The translations under genes were made by a program, and so were the position numbers. 64,000 bases of DNA from Eubacterium sp. GTDB lineage: Bacteria > Bacillota > Clostridia > Oscillospirales > Acutalibacteraceae. The notes beneath the pieces were generated by a model, which searched no databases, was not told the DNA's origin, and saw only the letters and a list, made by a program, of their open reading frames with translations. This document shows positions 47,219-57,044 of this stretch, piece by piece (position 1 is the stretch's first letter; each line of letters opens with the position of its first letter). The DNA is taken from positions 23,542 through 87,541 of the forward strand of contig JAFSTE010000017.1 in NCBI GenBank assembly GCA_017450645.1, written 5' to 3'.

Positions 47219-48100
47219 TTAAGCTGAATTAGAGGAAAGTACCTTTAAAGGCGTCTCCGTGTTCTTGTTTTTAGGTATGCGTACCATAAATTCTATATAA
47301 TCGTCCGTTTCGGTCTTGTCCGAAATAGCATCTATTCCTGATGCCTTCATAGTTTCGATTGCTTTATTGACAGTGTTCACGAATATTCGCACATCTCGGT
47401 ATACTTTAACCACACTTCGACGCGGTTTGACTTTATTGTCGGTTAGTGAGTCTATCAGTTTCTCTGTTTTTTCGACATTTAAGCCCTTTTCCTTTATTAT
47501 ATTAAGGGCTGCCCATATGTCCTTTTCGCTCTCAAGGCGCAATAGCGCACGCGCGTGACGCTCCGTAAGACCTTCTTTTTCTATAAAATAGCGCACATCT
47601 ACGGGCAATTTAAGTAATCTCAGCTTGTTAGATAGCGCGCTCTGGCTTTTAGAGAGCCTTTTAGCTACCTCTGTCTGGGTCATACCGAAGTGCTCCATAA
47701 GCTGTCCGATTGCTGCCGCTTCCTCAAAAAAGCTTAAATCGCTTCGCTGTATGTTTTCAAGTATTGAGTACACCGCGCTTTGCTCGTGGTCGCAGTCGAC
47801 CTCTATACAAGGTACTTTTTCTATACCCGAGAGTATCGACGCCCTCAGCCTGCGCTCGCCGGCAATTATCTCAAAATAGTCGCTGTTATTTATTCTTCTT
47901 ATTAGTAAGGGTTGCAGCACGCCGTTTTCTTTAATTGAATTTGCAAGTGCGAGCATTTCGTCGCTATCGAATTTATGCCGCGGCTGATACGGGTTAGGTA
48001 ACAGCTTTTCGGTTTTAATATAATTTATATCGTTCAATCGGACAACCTCCTTACAGCTACATATTAACATAAACATTGAAAAAAATAAAGGATTTCTCAT
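47219..48100 (-). CDS. ParB/Noc-like protein (ParB-fold paralog between rsmG and soj)
   Basis: ParB box GERRLRAS and HTH TQTEVAKRLSKSQSALSNKLRLLKL. ATG at 48100 with AGAGGA RBS is preferred. The track start at 48139 would overlap rsmG. Confidence 0.8.
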   Translation of the reverse strand: MRNPLFFSMFMLICSCKEVVRLNDINYIKTEKLLPNPYQPRHKFDSDEMLALANSIKENGVLQPLLIRRINNSDYFEIIAGERRLRASILSGIEKVPCIEVDCDHEQSAVYSILENIQRSDLSFFEEAAAIGQLMEHFGMTQTEVAKRLSKSQSALSNKLRLLKLPVDVRYFIEKEGLTERHARALLRLESEKDIWAALNIIKEKGLNVEKTEKLIDSLTDNKVKPRRSVVKVYRDVRIFVNTVNKAIETMKASGIDAISDKTETDDYIEFMVRIPKNKNTETPLKVLSSNSA

Positions 48101-48138
48101 CGTGAGAAATCCTCTTTGTTTGACATAAACAGTTATCA

Positions 48139-48843
48139 TTATAGCGGTTTTGTTGCTATTTTCTTGGATTTTCTGGGGTATTGTGTCGGAGTTTGCGATA
48201 TTTTTTTCACATAAACAATTATTCTTTTATAGCCGCCCGGCAGTTCGTACTCATAAATGTTCTCAATACTGCCGCCGAGAACAGAAAGAGCGTCCTCAGA
48301 CTGAGTAATATCCTCGCTTGTGCCCTTAAGCGCCAAAAAGCTTCCACCGACCTTAACAAAAGGCAGGCAATACTCCGCCAGCACATTAAGCGGCGCTACC
48401 GCGCGCGCGGTAACTATATCAAAGGTTTCACGCAAAACCGCGTTTTGCCCCGCGTCCTCGGCGCGCGAGTGTATAATTTCTGCATCAAGTTCACACTCGC
48501 TCAGCACCTCGCGCAAAAAGTCAAGCCTTTTTTTAAGCGAGTCAACGAGTGTAAGCTCTATATCGTTATTTGCAATCAGCAGGGGAACGCCCGGGAAGCC
48601 TGCGCCCGTGCCTATATCCGCAACTCTTGCACCGCTATTAAGCTTTGCGAACCTCATTAGCTCAAGACTGTCGATAAAGTGCTTAATTACAATCTCGTCG
48701 GGCTCGGTTATGCCCGTAAGGTTCATAACCCTGTTTTTTTCGACGAGAAGTTTCGCATAAACGTCAAACCTGTCAAGCGCAGTGTCGTCAAGCTCTACGC
48801 CGATTTTTGCAGCCTCGTTTTTTAATAAATCTTTATTAATCAT
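48139..48843 (-). CDS. rsmG: 16S rRNA (guanine527-N7)-methyltransferase RsmG (GidB)
   Basis: SAM motif [10 protein letters not shown]. 234 aa. Located downstream of mnmG. Confidence 0.9.
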   Translation of the reverse strand: MINKDLLKNEAAKIGVELDDTALDRFDVYAKLLVEKNRVMNLTGITEPDEIVIKHFIDSLELMRFAKLNSGARVADIGTGAGFPGVPLLIANNDIELTLVDSLKKRLDFLREVLSECELDAEIIHSRAEDAGQNAVLRETFDIVTARAVAPLNVLAEYCLPFVKVGGSFLALKGTSEDITQSEDALSVLGGSIENIYEYELPGGYKRIIVYVKKISQTPTQYPRKSKKIATKPL

Positions 48844-50702
48844 AGTGTTTCAAGTATTATGTTAAGCGCTGTGATGTCGGCAGGGTTTACGCCGCTGATG
48901 CGGCTCGCCTGGCCGAGATTTTGAGGGCGTACCTTGTCGAGCTTTTCAACCGCTTCGAGTCTTAGCCCCTTTAGCGCCTTATAGTCAATGTTTTCGGGAA
49001 TTTTTTTACTTTCTATTCGGCGCATTTCCTTAATCTGCGCCTCCTGCTTTTTAATATAACCCTCGTACTTAATCATTATCTGTACCTGCTCGAACACCTC
49101 GTACGGTAAGTCGGGGCGCCCGGTGTCAAACGGTGCAAGGTCGTCGTAGGTAATCTGTGGGCGCTTTAGAAGCTCGAGCATTTTGCAGCCTGTTTTAAGC
49201 TCGGCAGTGCCGCGCGATACGAGCATATTCTGCAATTCGTCGGAAAGGGGAACAGACAGCTTAGTAACTCTGTTCATTTCCTCCTTAATAAGCTGCTGCT
49301 TTTTAAGGAACTTATTATATCTTTCCTCGCTGATAAGCCCGATTTTGTAGCCCGTCGGGGTAAGCCTTGCGTCCGCGTTATCCTGGCGCAGTACAAGTCG
49401 GTACTCGCTGCGCGAGGTCATCATTCTGTACGGGTCTGTACAGCCCTTGGTAATTAAATCGTCAATAAGCGTGCCGATATAAGAGCCGCCGCGGTCGAGG
49501 ATAAGCTCGTCCTCGCCTTTAATTTTAAGCGCGGCGTTTATTCCTGCAACAAGCCCTTGCGCCGCAGCCTCCTCATAGCCGCTCGAGCCGTTAAACTGGC
49601 CTGCGCCGTAAAGTCCGTCGATGTCGTTAAACTCGAGCGTCGCCTTAAGCGCGGTCGGGTCAACGCAGTCGTACTCGATAGCGTACGCGGTACGCATTAC
49701 CACCGCGTTTTCAAGCCCGGGGATAGTGTGGATAAAGTCGAGCTGAACATCCTCTGGAAGCGAGGAGGACAAGCCCTGAAGGTACATCTCCTCTGTATTT
49801 TCGCCGCACGGCTCGATAAAGAGCTGGTGGCGCTCCTTTTCGGAAAAGCGTACGATTTTATCCTCAAAGCTCGGACAGTAGCGTGGACCTTTGCCCTCGA
49901 TTTTGCCGCTGTACATCGGCGAACGGTGCAGGTTGTCGAGAATAATCTGCTTAGTTTTATCATTAGTGTAGGTTATGTGGCAAACCACCTTGTTTTCGGG
50001 CGGGGTTTCGGTTTCAAAAGAGAAGGGAACAGTGCGCTCGTCGCCCTGCTGCACCTCTAATTTATCGAAATTAATCGAGCGGCGGTTAACCCTGCTCGGT
50101 GTGCCCGTCTTAAAACGGCGAAGCGGGATATTGAGCTTTTTAAGTGAGTTTGCGAGCGCGGTCGCGGCGAACATACCGTCGGGTCCGCTTTCGTATGAAA
50201 CATCGCCGATATAAATTCTGCCGCCGAGGAAGGTACCCGTAGCGATAATAACAGCCCTTGCGGTGAACTCGGCGTCAAGCCTTGTAACGCAGTGCCACAA
50301 GCCGTTTTCGTCCTTATTTATATCGCAGATTTCACCCTGACGGATGTCGAGATTTTCCTGCGTTTCGAGTATGTGCTTCATACCCGCCGAATACTCGCGG
50401 CGGTCAATCTGCGCCCTTAATGAATGTACCGCAGGACCTTTGCCGAGGTTTAGCATTCGCGACTGAATAGAATATCTGTCCGCAGCCTTGCCCATTTCGC
50501 CGCCGAGGGCGTCAATCTCGCGCACGAGATGTCCCTTTGATGTGCCGCCGATGGACGGATTGCAGGGCATATTGCCAACCCAGTCAAGATTTATCGTAAA
50601 CACCGCAGTGCTCACGCCAAGGCGCGCCGAAGCAAGGGCAGCTTCGATACCCGCGTGCCCCGCGCCTATTACTATTACATCATAATGACCTGCTTTGTAC
50701 AT
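48840..50702 (-). CDS. mnmG: tRNA uridine-5-carboxymethylaminomethyl synthesis enzyme MnmG (GidA)
   Basis: FAD motif [15 protein letters not shown]. 620 aa. Confidence 0.93.
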   Translation of the reverse strand: MYKAGHYDVIVIGAGHAGIEAALASARLGVSTAVFTINLDWVGNMPCNPSIGGTSKGHLVREIDALGGEMGKAADRYSIQSRMLNLGKGPAVHSLRAQIDRREYSAGMKHILETQENLDIRQGEICDINKDENGLWHCVTRLDAEFTARAVIIATGTFLGGRIYIGDVSYESGPDGMFAATALANSLKKLNIPLRRFKTGTPSRVNRRSINFDKLEVQQGDERTVPFSFETETPPENKVVCHITYTNDKTKQIILDNLHRSPMYSGKIEGKGPRYCPSFEDKIVRFSEKERHQLFIEPCGENTEEMYLQGLSSSLPEDVQLDFIHTIPGLENAVVMRTAYAIEYDCVDPTALKATLEFNDIDGLYGAGQFNGSSGYEEAAAQGLVAGINAALKIKGEDELILDRGGSYIGTLIDDLITKGCTDPYRMMTSRSEYRLVLRQDNADARLTPTGYKIGLISEERYNKFLKKQQLIKEEMNRVTKLSVPLSDELQNMLVSRGTAELKTGCKMLELLKRPQITYDDLAPFDTGRPDLPYEVFEQVQIMIKYEGYIKKQEAQIKEMRRIESKKIPENIDYKALKGLRLEAVEKLDKVRPQNLGQASRISGVNPADITALNIILETL

Positions 50703-50772
50703 AAAATCTCCAATCCTTATTGCCTCCCTTGCTAAAGGGAGGGGGACCGCTTGCGGTGGAGGGATGGTCGTT
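50703..50772 (-). ncRNA. conserved structured 5'-leader element (family C) immediately upstream of mnmG RBS
   Basis: Minus strand reads CGACCAUCCCUCC-ACCGCAAGCGGU-CCCCCUCCCUUUAGCAAGGGAGGCAAUAAGG-AUUGGAGAUUUUAUG. It has two hairpins (ACCGC..GCGGU and CCUCCCUU-UAGC-AAGGGAGG). A near-identical element precedes gyrA. Confidence 0.6.
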
Positions 50773-50775
50773 TAG

Positions 50776-50880
50776 ATTAAGTAGTCTTTAAACAACACCT
50801 CTTAAAAGGTATTGACCACCCCTCAGGTGCTTCGCACCAGCTCCCCTTGTCAGGGGCGCCAAATCAGTTACTCGCTTCGC
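50776..50880. repeat. intergenic repeat segment carrying the GGTTACTCGCTTCGCTC-like core (CAGTTACTCGCTTCGCTCAGAC)
   Basis: Between the mnmE stop and the mnmG leader element. Same core motif as seen at 35480, 37510, 55262(rc), 57737, 58722 and 63828. Confidence 0.5.
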
Positions 50881-50890
50881 TCAGACAGTT

Positions 50891-52255
50891 TTATTTTCCC
50901 ACACAGAATTTGCTGAAAATGTTATTCACAACTTCTTCGCTTGCTTTTTTGCCGGTGAGCGATAATAATTCGTCCGCCGCGGCGTCAATCATTACATTTA
51001 CCGCGTCAAAGGTCATACCGCACTGCAGCGCGTCAAGCGCCTCGCAGATTGAAGCGTATGCGTTTTCGCAGTTCTGCTTTTGCCGCGCGTTTGCGAGCAT
51101 CGGGGCGGAGGAGTCAAAATCCGCCACGCCAAGCACTTTGCTGACGACCCTTTCAAGCTTGTCAAAGCCTTCATCAAACTTTGCGCTGACATAAACCACA
51201 TTGTCAAACGCGTCCTCGGCAAGCTCGTTACCAAGGCTGCGCGTGCAGTCCGACTTGTTGTAAATCGCGATAACAGGCTTGTCCTTGCAGCGTTTCACAA
51301 GCTCTCTGTCCTCGTCGCTAAACGGTGTGGACGCGTCAAAAATCGCGAGTATAAGCTGCGCCTCGTCGAGCGCCTGATAGGTTTTCTGAATACCGATGTT
51401 TTCTACAACATCATCAGAGGTTCTCAGCCCCGCGGTGTCCATCAGCCGCAGGGTAATACCGCCGAGGTTAATCTCCTCCTCAACAATATCGCGCGTCGTG
51501 CCCGCAATGTCGGTAACAATGCTCTTGTCTTTTTTTGCGAGCACATTCATAATGCTCGACTTGCCGACATTTACGCGCCCCACAATCGCAGTTAACACGC
51601 CCTGAGTTATAATAACCCCGTTTTCGTAATTATCAAGCAGTATTTTAAGCTCGCTTTTACATTCCTTAAGCGTTTTGCTAAGCTCGCCGTCGGTAATTTC
51701 GGGGATTTCCTCGTCGGGATAATCCACCCAAGCCGCCATTAGCGCCGACGCGTCGAGCAGCTTTTCGAGTACGGAGTTAATTTTTGTGCTCAGCGCGCCC
51801 TGCAGAGCGTTAAACGATGCCTTAAGACTCGTTTCGCCCTCGGCGGAAATAAGCTGAGCTACGGACTCCGCCTGAGTTAAATCAATTTTTCCGTTTAAAA
51901 ACGCACGCTTTGTGAACTCGCCTGCGCCGGCAGGGGAGGCGCCGTTTTTTAAAACAGCTTCAAGCGTTTTCTTTACCATAAGCAGACCGCCGTGAACAGA
52001 AAGCTCCACAACATCCTCGCCCGTATAGCTTTTAGGCGCGCGAAAAACAAGGGCAACCGCGTTGTCCGCCTTTTCGCCGTTTATAACAATGTTGCCGAAT
52101 TTTGCGCGGTAGCCCGCAAGCTCCGAAAGAGCGCTTTTGTCCCTGCACTCGAACACCTTGTCGGCGATACTTACCGCGTCGCTTCCGCTTATTCTGATTA
52201 CGCCGATTCCGCCGGGCGCGTTACCCGTAGAAATCGCGGCAATAGTCTTACTCAT
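50891..52255 (-). CDS. mnmE: tRNA modification GTPase MnmE (TrmE)
   Basis: G-domain motifs GRVNVGKSS and DTAG. C-terminal ..CVGK. 454 aa. Confidence 0.93.
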   Translation of the reverse strand: MSKTIAAISTGNAPGGIGVIRISGSDAVSIADKVFECRDKSALSELAGYRAKFGNIVINGEKADNAVALVFRAPKSYTGEDVVELSVHGGLLMVKKTLEAVLKNGASPAGAGEFTKRAFLNGKIDLTQAESVAQLISAEGETSLKASFNALQGALSTKINSVLEKLLDASALMAAWVDYPDEEIPEITDGELSKTLKECKSELKILLDNYENGVIITQGVLTAIVGRVNVGKSSIMNVLAKKDKSIVTDIAGTTRDIVEEEINLGGITLRLMDTAGLRTSDDVVENIGIQKTYQALDEAQLILAIFDASTPFSDEDRELVKRCKDKPVIAIYNKSDCTRSLGNELAEDAFDNVVYVSAKFDEGFDKLERVVSKVLGVADFDSSAPMLANARQKQNCENAYASICEALDALQCGMTFDAVNVMIDAAADELLSLTGKKASEEVVNNIFSKFCVGK

Positions 52256-52318
52256 TAAGTCACCTATATTAATACTACTATAATTAATGGCGGACCTTGT
52301 CCGCCATTAGTGTTTAAA

Positions 52319-53293
52319 TTAATCTTTTGGTACTTCTATCTTACCGTATTTAGGCAGGTCTGCTCTGTCCTTTTTCGGCGTGTAGTCAGCCGGCTTTGTT
52401 GTGGTAGCGCTGCTCTTTTTCTGAGCGCCGCCTCTGCCGCCTCGTGAATTGTTTTTCTTTACGCCGCCAACGGGCTCGATTACAACGCGTCTGTCCTGAT
52501 TGTAACCAACCGAGCGTGACTCAACGCCCTCAATCTCCTGAACCGTGGTATGAATAATTCTTCTCTCGTACGGGTTCATCGGCTCGAAGGTGTATCTTCT
52601 GCCTGTTCTGAGAACATAGTTTGAGTTCTTCTCTGCAAGATGTCTGAGTGTTTCGTTTCTCTTCTCTCTGTAGTTACCTACGTTAATAGATACTCTTACA
52701 TAGCCGTTCGAGTTCTTCTTCATAGCCAGCGAGAGAAGGTACTGGATAGAGTCGAGAGTTTCGCCCCTTCTTCCGATAATAATACCGTAGTCGTCACACT
52801 CTAAATCAATAGTAACAACGCCCTCTTCATAGGTAGCGTCGATTTTTGCGTCTTTAACATCAAGACCCTTAACTATCTCTGCGAGATAGCTCTTTGCATA
52901 TTCAAGGTCAACGCTCTTTGGAAAATCGCCCTTAGCCTCTGCCTTTTCAGCCTTTGGTGCGGGCTTAGGCTCAGCCTTTTTAGGTGCGTCAGCCTGTTTA
53001 GGAGCTTCTTTTTTCTGATTTTTATTAGCGTTGTTATTGTTGTTGGAATTCTTTTTGTTAGAGTTCTTTTTATTCTGCTTCTTTGAAGGCTTCTTTTCAT
53101 TCACTCCGTCGTCGTAATAAGCCTTGGCTTTAGCCTCGCTTCCGCCGAAAAGACCTAAGAACTTCTTTTTCGGCATCTCGATAATTTCGGTTTTGACATC
53201 GAGTGAAAACTTCGCAGGAGCATTCAGACCGGCTTTGGCGTTAGCGAGCGCCTCTTCGACAGTTTTGCCGGTAGCGATAAATTCCTTTATCAT
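52319..53293 (-). CDS. jag: Jag/KhpB RNA-binding protein (Jag_N, KH and R3H domains) with Lys/Asn-rich linker
   Basis: Start chosen at MIKEFIATGKTVEEALANAKAGL (Jag_N consensus) with GGAGGA RBS. C-terminal R3H ..RRIIHTTVQE. Confidence 0.85.
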   Translation of the reverse strand: MIKEFIATGKTVEEALANAKAGLNAPAKFSLDVKTEIIEMPKKKFLGLFGGSEAKAKAYYDDGVNEKKPSKKQNKKNSNKKNSNNNNNANKNQKKEAPKQADAPKKAEPKPAPKAEKAEAKGDFPKSVDLEYAKSYLAEIVKGLDVKDAKIDATYEEGVVTIDLECDDYGIIIGRRGETLDSIQYLLSLAMKKNSNGYVRVSINVGNYREKRNETLRHLAEKNSNYVLRTGRRYTFEPMNPYERRIIHTTVQEIEGVESRSVGYNQDRRVVIEPVGGVKKNNSRGGRGGAQKKSSATTTKPADYTPKKDRADLPKYGKIEVPKD

Positions 53294-53303
53294 AAATCCT
53301 CCG

Positions 53304-54314
53304 TTAATTTCTCGTGTTTTTAATACTTTCTTCCCTTGAGCGTCTCTGAATAGTGTTTTCAATCATTTCGCGCGCAATATTTCTCTTTGGCGGGAAGAAT
53401 TTTGCGGTAACAAGCTGCTGTACAATAGCAACAAGGTTTGAAATAATCCAGTAAAAACCTACCGCTGCCGATACCTGAAAGGCGATGTAAAACGAGAATA
53501 GCGGCATCATTAGCATCATAAGCATCATCTGCTGTTGCTGCTGCGCCTGAGCGGGATTGTTCTTCTTCTGAATAAGAGTAGATACAATCGTTGAGCCGAT
53601 TGAGGTAACAAGACAGAGAATCGGGATTATAACGATAATTCCGTCCTTCCAGTGCGGAATCTGGGTCATATCAATACCCGCGAGATACATATGTCTTTTA
53701 TATTCCTCGATAGCGGCAACCTTGTCCGCAGTAAAGAGCTTAGGCCACTCAGCCATAAGCGTATCCTTATACTGGTCAAAATTCTGCAGCAAGCTAATCT
53801 GGAAATATCTGCCGTCCATCTTAAGCGTTTCGGCAATAGCTGTTGCGGTATCGTTAGGTAAATTAATACCTATAATGTACTGAATAGGATAGTAGATAAT
53901 ACCGATAATACCCATAAGGAAAATCATCTGAAACGCCATCGGTCCGCAGCCCATATTCATAGGATTGTGTCCCTCGCGTGCGTAAAGCGCCTGAATTTCC
54001 TCCTGCTGCGCCTGATTAGCTTTCTGGCGCTGCTTGGGGTCGGTTATTGCACTGACATTATACTTTTTCTGGATTTTCTGGATTTTCGGCTGGATGCGGC
54101 TGGTTTTTGCCATTGTTTTTTGCTGCTTAAGGTTAAGCGGAAACAAAATAAGTCTGGTAAGAACGGTAAAAACAATGAGCGCAAGAAAATACCTGTCGTT
54201 AAATACGAAGAGCAGCCCCTCCATACATTTACCAAAAAGCCAGTAGAGCGGCTTAAAAAACGCCATACCTGAGTTAACGCTTTTTACCGCCATGGTAAAC
54301 AAGTTAATATACAC
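53304..54314 (-). CDS. yidC: membrane protein insertase YidC/SpoIIIJ
   Basis: Oxa1-family TM core (..PLNLKQQKTMAKTSRIQPKIQKIQKKY..). Start uncertain (M1 or M8). Confidence 0.85.
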   Translation of the reverse strand: MYINLFTMAVKSVNSGMAFFKPLYWLFGKCMEGLLFVFNDRYFLALIVFTVLTRLILFPLNLKQQKTMAKTSRIQPKIQKIQKKYNVSAITDPKQRQKANQAQQEEIQALYAREGHNPMNMGCGPMAFQMIFLMGIIGIIYYPIQYIIGINLPNDTATAIAETLKMDGRYFQISLLQNFDQYKDTLMAEWPKLFTADKVAAIEEYKRHMYLAGIDMTQIPHWKDGIIVIIPILCLVTSIGSTIVSTLIQKKNNPAQAQQQQQMMLMMLMMPLFSFYIAFQVSAAVGFYWIISNLVAIVQQLVTAKFFPPKRNIAREMIENTIQRRSREESIKNTRN

Positions 54315-54330
54315 TTTGCATTTTCCTCAA

Positions 54331-54582
54331 TTATTTTTCTTTTTTCGGGGGAACAGGGTCGTAACCGCCCTTGAAAAACGGATTGCACCTCATAATTCTT
54401 AGCAGTGCAAGCAGCGAGCCCTTAAATACGCCGTGAATCTCGATAGCTTCGAGCGCGTACTGGGAACAGGTGGGCGTATATCTGCACGCTCCGTGCGAAA
54501 AACGCGGCGAGAGCGTGAGCTGATATGTTCTGATAAAAAACACAGCCGTCTTTTTTATTAATGAGCTAATTTTTTTCATCAA
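54331..54582 (-). CDS. yidD: membrane protein insertion efficiency factor YidD
   Basis: FFIRTYQLTLSPRFSHGACRYTPTCSQYALEAIEIHG is the hallmark YidD sequence. Confidence 0.9.
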   Translation of the reverse strand: MMKKISSLIKKTAVFFIRTYQLTLSPRFSHGACRYTPTCSQYALEAIEIHGVFKGSLLALLRIMRCNPFFKGGYDPVPPKKEK

Positions 54583-54907
54583 TTACACCAAGCTTTTCAA
54601 AGTGGCTTTGCATATCGCTAAGCACGCTTTGCATTTTAACCTTGCTCGTTTTGCTCCTTGCAACAAACACAAAATCCCAGTCGCCTTTAATATCGCCCTC
54701 GAGTTGGGCGAACGCCGCGCGGATAACGCGCCTTGCGCGGTTACGCTCTACGGCAGAGCCGATTTTTTTAGAGGTCGTTATGCCGTAACGGTTACCTTTA
54801 TTTCTCGACTTCATCGCGTATGTCACAAGACAGGGCGAAGCAATGCTTTTCCCCCTGTAGTAGAGCCTGCGAAAATCCTTGTTTTCCTTAAGGGTTTGAC
54901 TTTTCAA
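54566..54907 (-). CDS. rnpA: ribonuclease P protein component
   Basis: ITTSKKIGSAVERNRARRVIRAAF (RNR motif). 113 aa. Downstream of rpmH. Confidence 0.9.
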   Translation of the reverse strand: MKSQTLKENKDFRRLYYRGKSIASPCLVTYAMKSRNKGNRYGITTSKKIGSAVERNRARRVIRAAFAQLEGDIKGDWDFVFVARSKTSKVKMQSVLSDMQSHFEKLGVIDEKN

Positions 54908-54966
54908 AAAACCGCCCCCGTCAGACAGCTAAGCCGTCTGTAAATAATCTGTTGAACTTGCGTTCA

Positions 54967-55101
54967 AATCCGTCAATTAGTAAGAAAGCTTTTTTCTGCC
55001 CTTAGCTCTGCGGCGAGCGAGCACCTTTCTACCGTTTCTTGTTGACATTCTCTTTCTGAAGCCATGCTCCTTCTTAGCATGTCTCTTCTTAGGCTGGAAG
55101 G
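54967..55101 (-). CDS. rpmH: 50S ribosomal protein L34
   Basis: Hand translation of the minus strand gives [44 protein letters not shown] (44 aa), with RBS AAGGAG. The ORF track omits it because it is under 60 aa. Confidence 0.92.
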
Positions 55102-55194
55102 TTCTTTTCATCTTTTTCAACTCCTTATCCAAGATTAAACTGGTCTTAATCTATATTTTCTCTATGCGGTATAGCATAGGCGTATTGCTAAAAT

Positions 55195-55318
55195 TTAAAA
55201 TGGAGAATGGAGAATGGAGAATTTCGGGTGGGCGCAGCCCACACCCAATTATATAATTGTTTGAGCGAAGTGAGTAACCAAAATTTTCAATTCTCAATTT
55301 TCAATTCTCAATTTTATA
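55195..55318. repeat. MITE-like structured repeat element, family A (GGAGAAT-repeat arms, GGTGGGCGCAGCCCAC hairpin, GAGCGAAGTGAGTAACC core)
   Basis: AAAATGGAGAATGGAGAATGGAGAATTTCGGGTGGGCGCAGCCCACACCC...GAGCGAAGTGAGTAACC...CAATTCTCAATTTTCAATTCTCAATTTT. Confidence 0.6.
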
Positions 55319-55452
55319 TACTAATAGCCAAGATATTATATTAAATATATTGCAATTTGTCAACTAAAACTTGTATTTATTTAAATTTTATATTATAATA
55401 ACCCTATATCTTGTATAAACGCATTTTGCATAACACAAATAGGGAGTAAATT

Positions 55453-56133
55453 ATGCTTGGAATTATAGGCGCAATGGATGTGGAAATCAAAAAAATCAAG
55501 TCGCATATTGAAGAGCCGACCGTTAAAACCGCAGCGGGCTGCGAATTCGTTACGGGCAAAATCGGCTCGCGCGAAATATGCGCCGTTCAGTGCTCGCCCG
55601 GCAAGGTTAACGCCGCTCAGTGCACTCAGGCTATGCTCGATAATTTTGACATCGACGCGGTAATAAATATCGGCGTCGGCTGCTCGCTCAGTAAGGACAT
55701 AGTTATTAAAAATGTCGTTGTCGCCGACAGCGTTTGCCAGTACGATATAGACATCACCGCGCTCGGCGAGGAAAAGGGACTTATTAACGGCTTAAATATA
55801 GTTAAAATTCCGACCGACCCCGAGCTTTCAAACGCGCTTATAAACAGCGCAAAACAGCTCGGCTACAGCACTTTCAGCGGTACTGTTGCAAGCGGCGACA
55901 CCTTTATAGGAAGCGATAAAATGAAGGCTCAGATTGCTTCGGATTTCGGCGCCTGCTGCGGCGAAATGGAGGGCGGCGCAATCGGTCAGGTATGCTATAT
56001 TAACGGCGTAAAATTTGCGGTTTTGCGCTCAATCAGCGACGGCGGCGACGAGAGCGTACAGGTCGATTACCCGACCTTCAAACCCATCGCAGCAGACATT
56101 TCCTCCAAAATCCTCTTAGAAATATTTAAATAA
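55453..56133 (+). CDS. mtnN: 5'-methylthioadenosine/S-adenosylhomocysteine nucleosidase
   Basis: MLGIIGAMDVEI N-terminus and C-terminal SISDGGDES typical of MtnN/Pfs. Confidence 0.88.
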   Translation: MLGIIGAMDVEIKKIKSHIEEPTVKTAAGCEFVTGKIGSREICAVQCSPGKVNAAQCTQAMLDNFDIDAVINIGVGCSLSKDIVIKNVVVADSVCQYDIDITALGEEKGLINGLNIVKIPTDPELSNALINSAKQLGYSTFSGTVASGDTFIGSDKMKAQIASDFGACCGEMEGGAIGQVCYINGVKFAVLRSISDGGDESVQVDYPTFKPIAADISSKILLEIFK

Positions 56134-56137
56134 TAAT

Positions 56138-56222
56138 CGGGTACGGGCGATTCCCCTGCTAGGGGAAATGTCCGCTTGCGGACAAAAGGGTCTGGCGCCC
56201 GCTCCAAGGGGAGCCCGTCCTC
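56138..56222. repeat. ~85-nt multi-hairpin structured element in convergent intergenic region
   Basis: Outer stem ACGGGC..GCCCGT encloses CCCCTGCTAGGGG, GTCCGCTTGCGGAC and CTCC-AAGG-GGAG hairpins. Confidence 0.5.
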
Positions 56223-56251
56223 AATTCATAATTCATAATTAATAATTCATA

Positions 56252-56280
56252 AATAAAAAACTGCCTTTCGGCAGTTTAAT
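56252..56280. terminator. bidirectional terminator
   Basis: AAAAAACTGCCTTTCGGCAGTTTAATT between mtnN (+) and the HTH gene (-). Confidence 0.7.
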
Positions 56281-56897
56281 TAACCTAATATAAAGCTTTC
56301 GAGGATTTGCTGCTCCGCGCGGTCGATTAACTCCTTAATCGCTGTGTGCTGAGTGCCGTCGGTACCTGTTCTTGACCTGTCCTCAATGAGTACAAATTTT
56401 GCGTCCTGAACTGCTATTGCGGCGGAAGCCAAATCCCTTGCGATTGTGTAATCAATCTTAAACAGCTCCTTCGGAAGCGCGCCCGCCTTTGCAAGCGTAA
56501 GCGCTCCGCGGTAAAGCGAAAGCAGGTAATAATCGTATAAAAATTTGTTTGCGTCCTCGGCGGAGGATACGGTGCTCGCAACATCAAGCAGCTGCTTTGT
56601 GGCGTTTGCCAGCGTTCCGAGAGAATGATTATTCTCGTCGTCGAGGTTAATTGATACGCCGGTTCTGCTGTCGCTCATACCGAGCAGGTAGTCCGATGTA
56701 ACGCCGTAATATTCGCTGCACCTGATTACAAAATCAAGTCCGCATTCTCTTATTCCTTTTTCATAATGTGACAGCAACGCCTGCGAAATTCCCAAGTCAG
56801 TGGCAGCCTTTTTCTGGCTTATGCCACGCTCCTTTCTTAGTTGAGAAAGTACGCTGGAGAACTTGCTTACTTTTTCTTTATTCATTAATATATTCAT
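56280..56897 (-). CDS. XRE-family helix-turn-helix transcriptional regulator
   Basis: LRKERGISQKKAATDLGISQALLSHYEKG HTH_3 motif. Confidence 0.8.
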   Translation of the reverse strand: MNILMNKEKVSKFSSVLSQLRKERGISQKKAATDLGISQALLSHYEKGIRECGLDFVIRCSEYYGVTSDYLLGMSDSRTGVSINLDDENNHSLGTLANATKQLLDVASTVSSAEDANKFLYDYYLLSLYRGALTLAKAGALPKELFKIDYTIARDLASAAIAVQDAKFVLIEDRSRTGTDGTQHTAIKELIDRAEQQILESFILG

Positions 56898-57044
56898 CTC
56901 TTTTTATATAGTAATATTATACGCTTATTATACGCTCTGTAATGCTTTTTCATTATAGACCTAATTATACTTGTTGTAAATAACCTTGGCAAATTTGTAA
57001 TTTTTTGTAATAATCGCTTTTGTTGTAAGGTTTTTGGGGAGGTT

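Noticed and set aside
49557-51595. 167-aa and 171-aa plus-strand ORFs
   Set aside because: Antisense to mnmG and mnmE respectively.
55102-55452. oriC / DnaA-box cluster expected next to rpmH
   Set aside because: No TTATCCACA-like boxes found on either strand. The region is occupied by a family A repeat element and the mtnN promoter.
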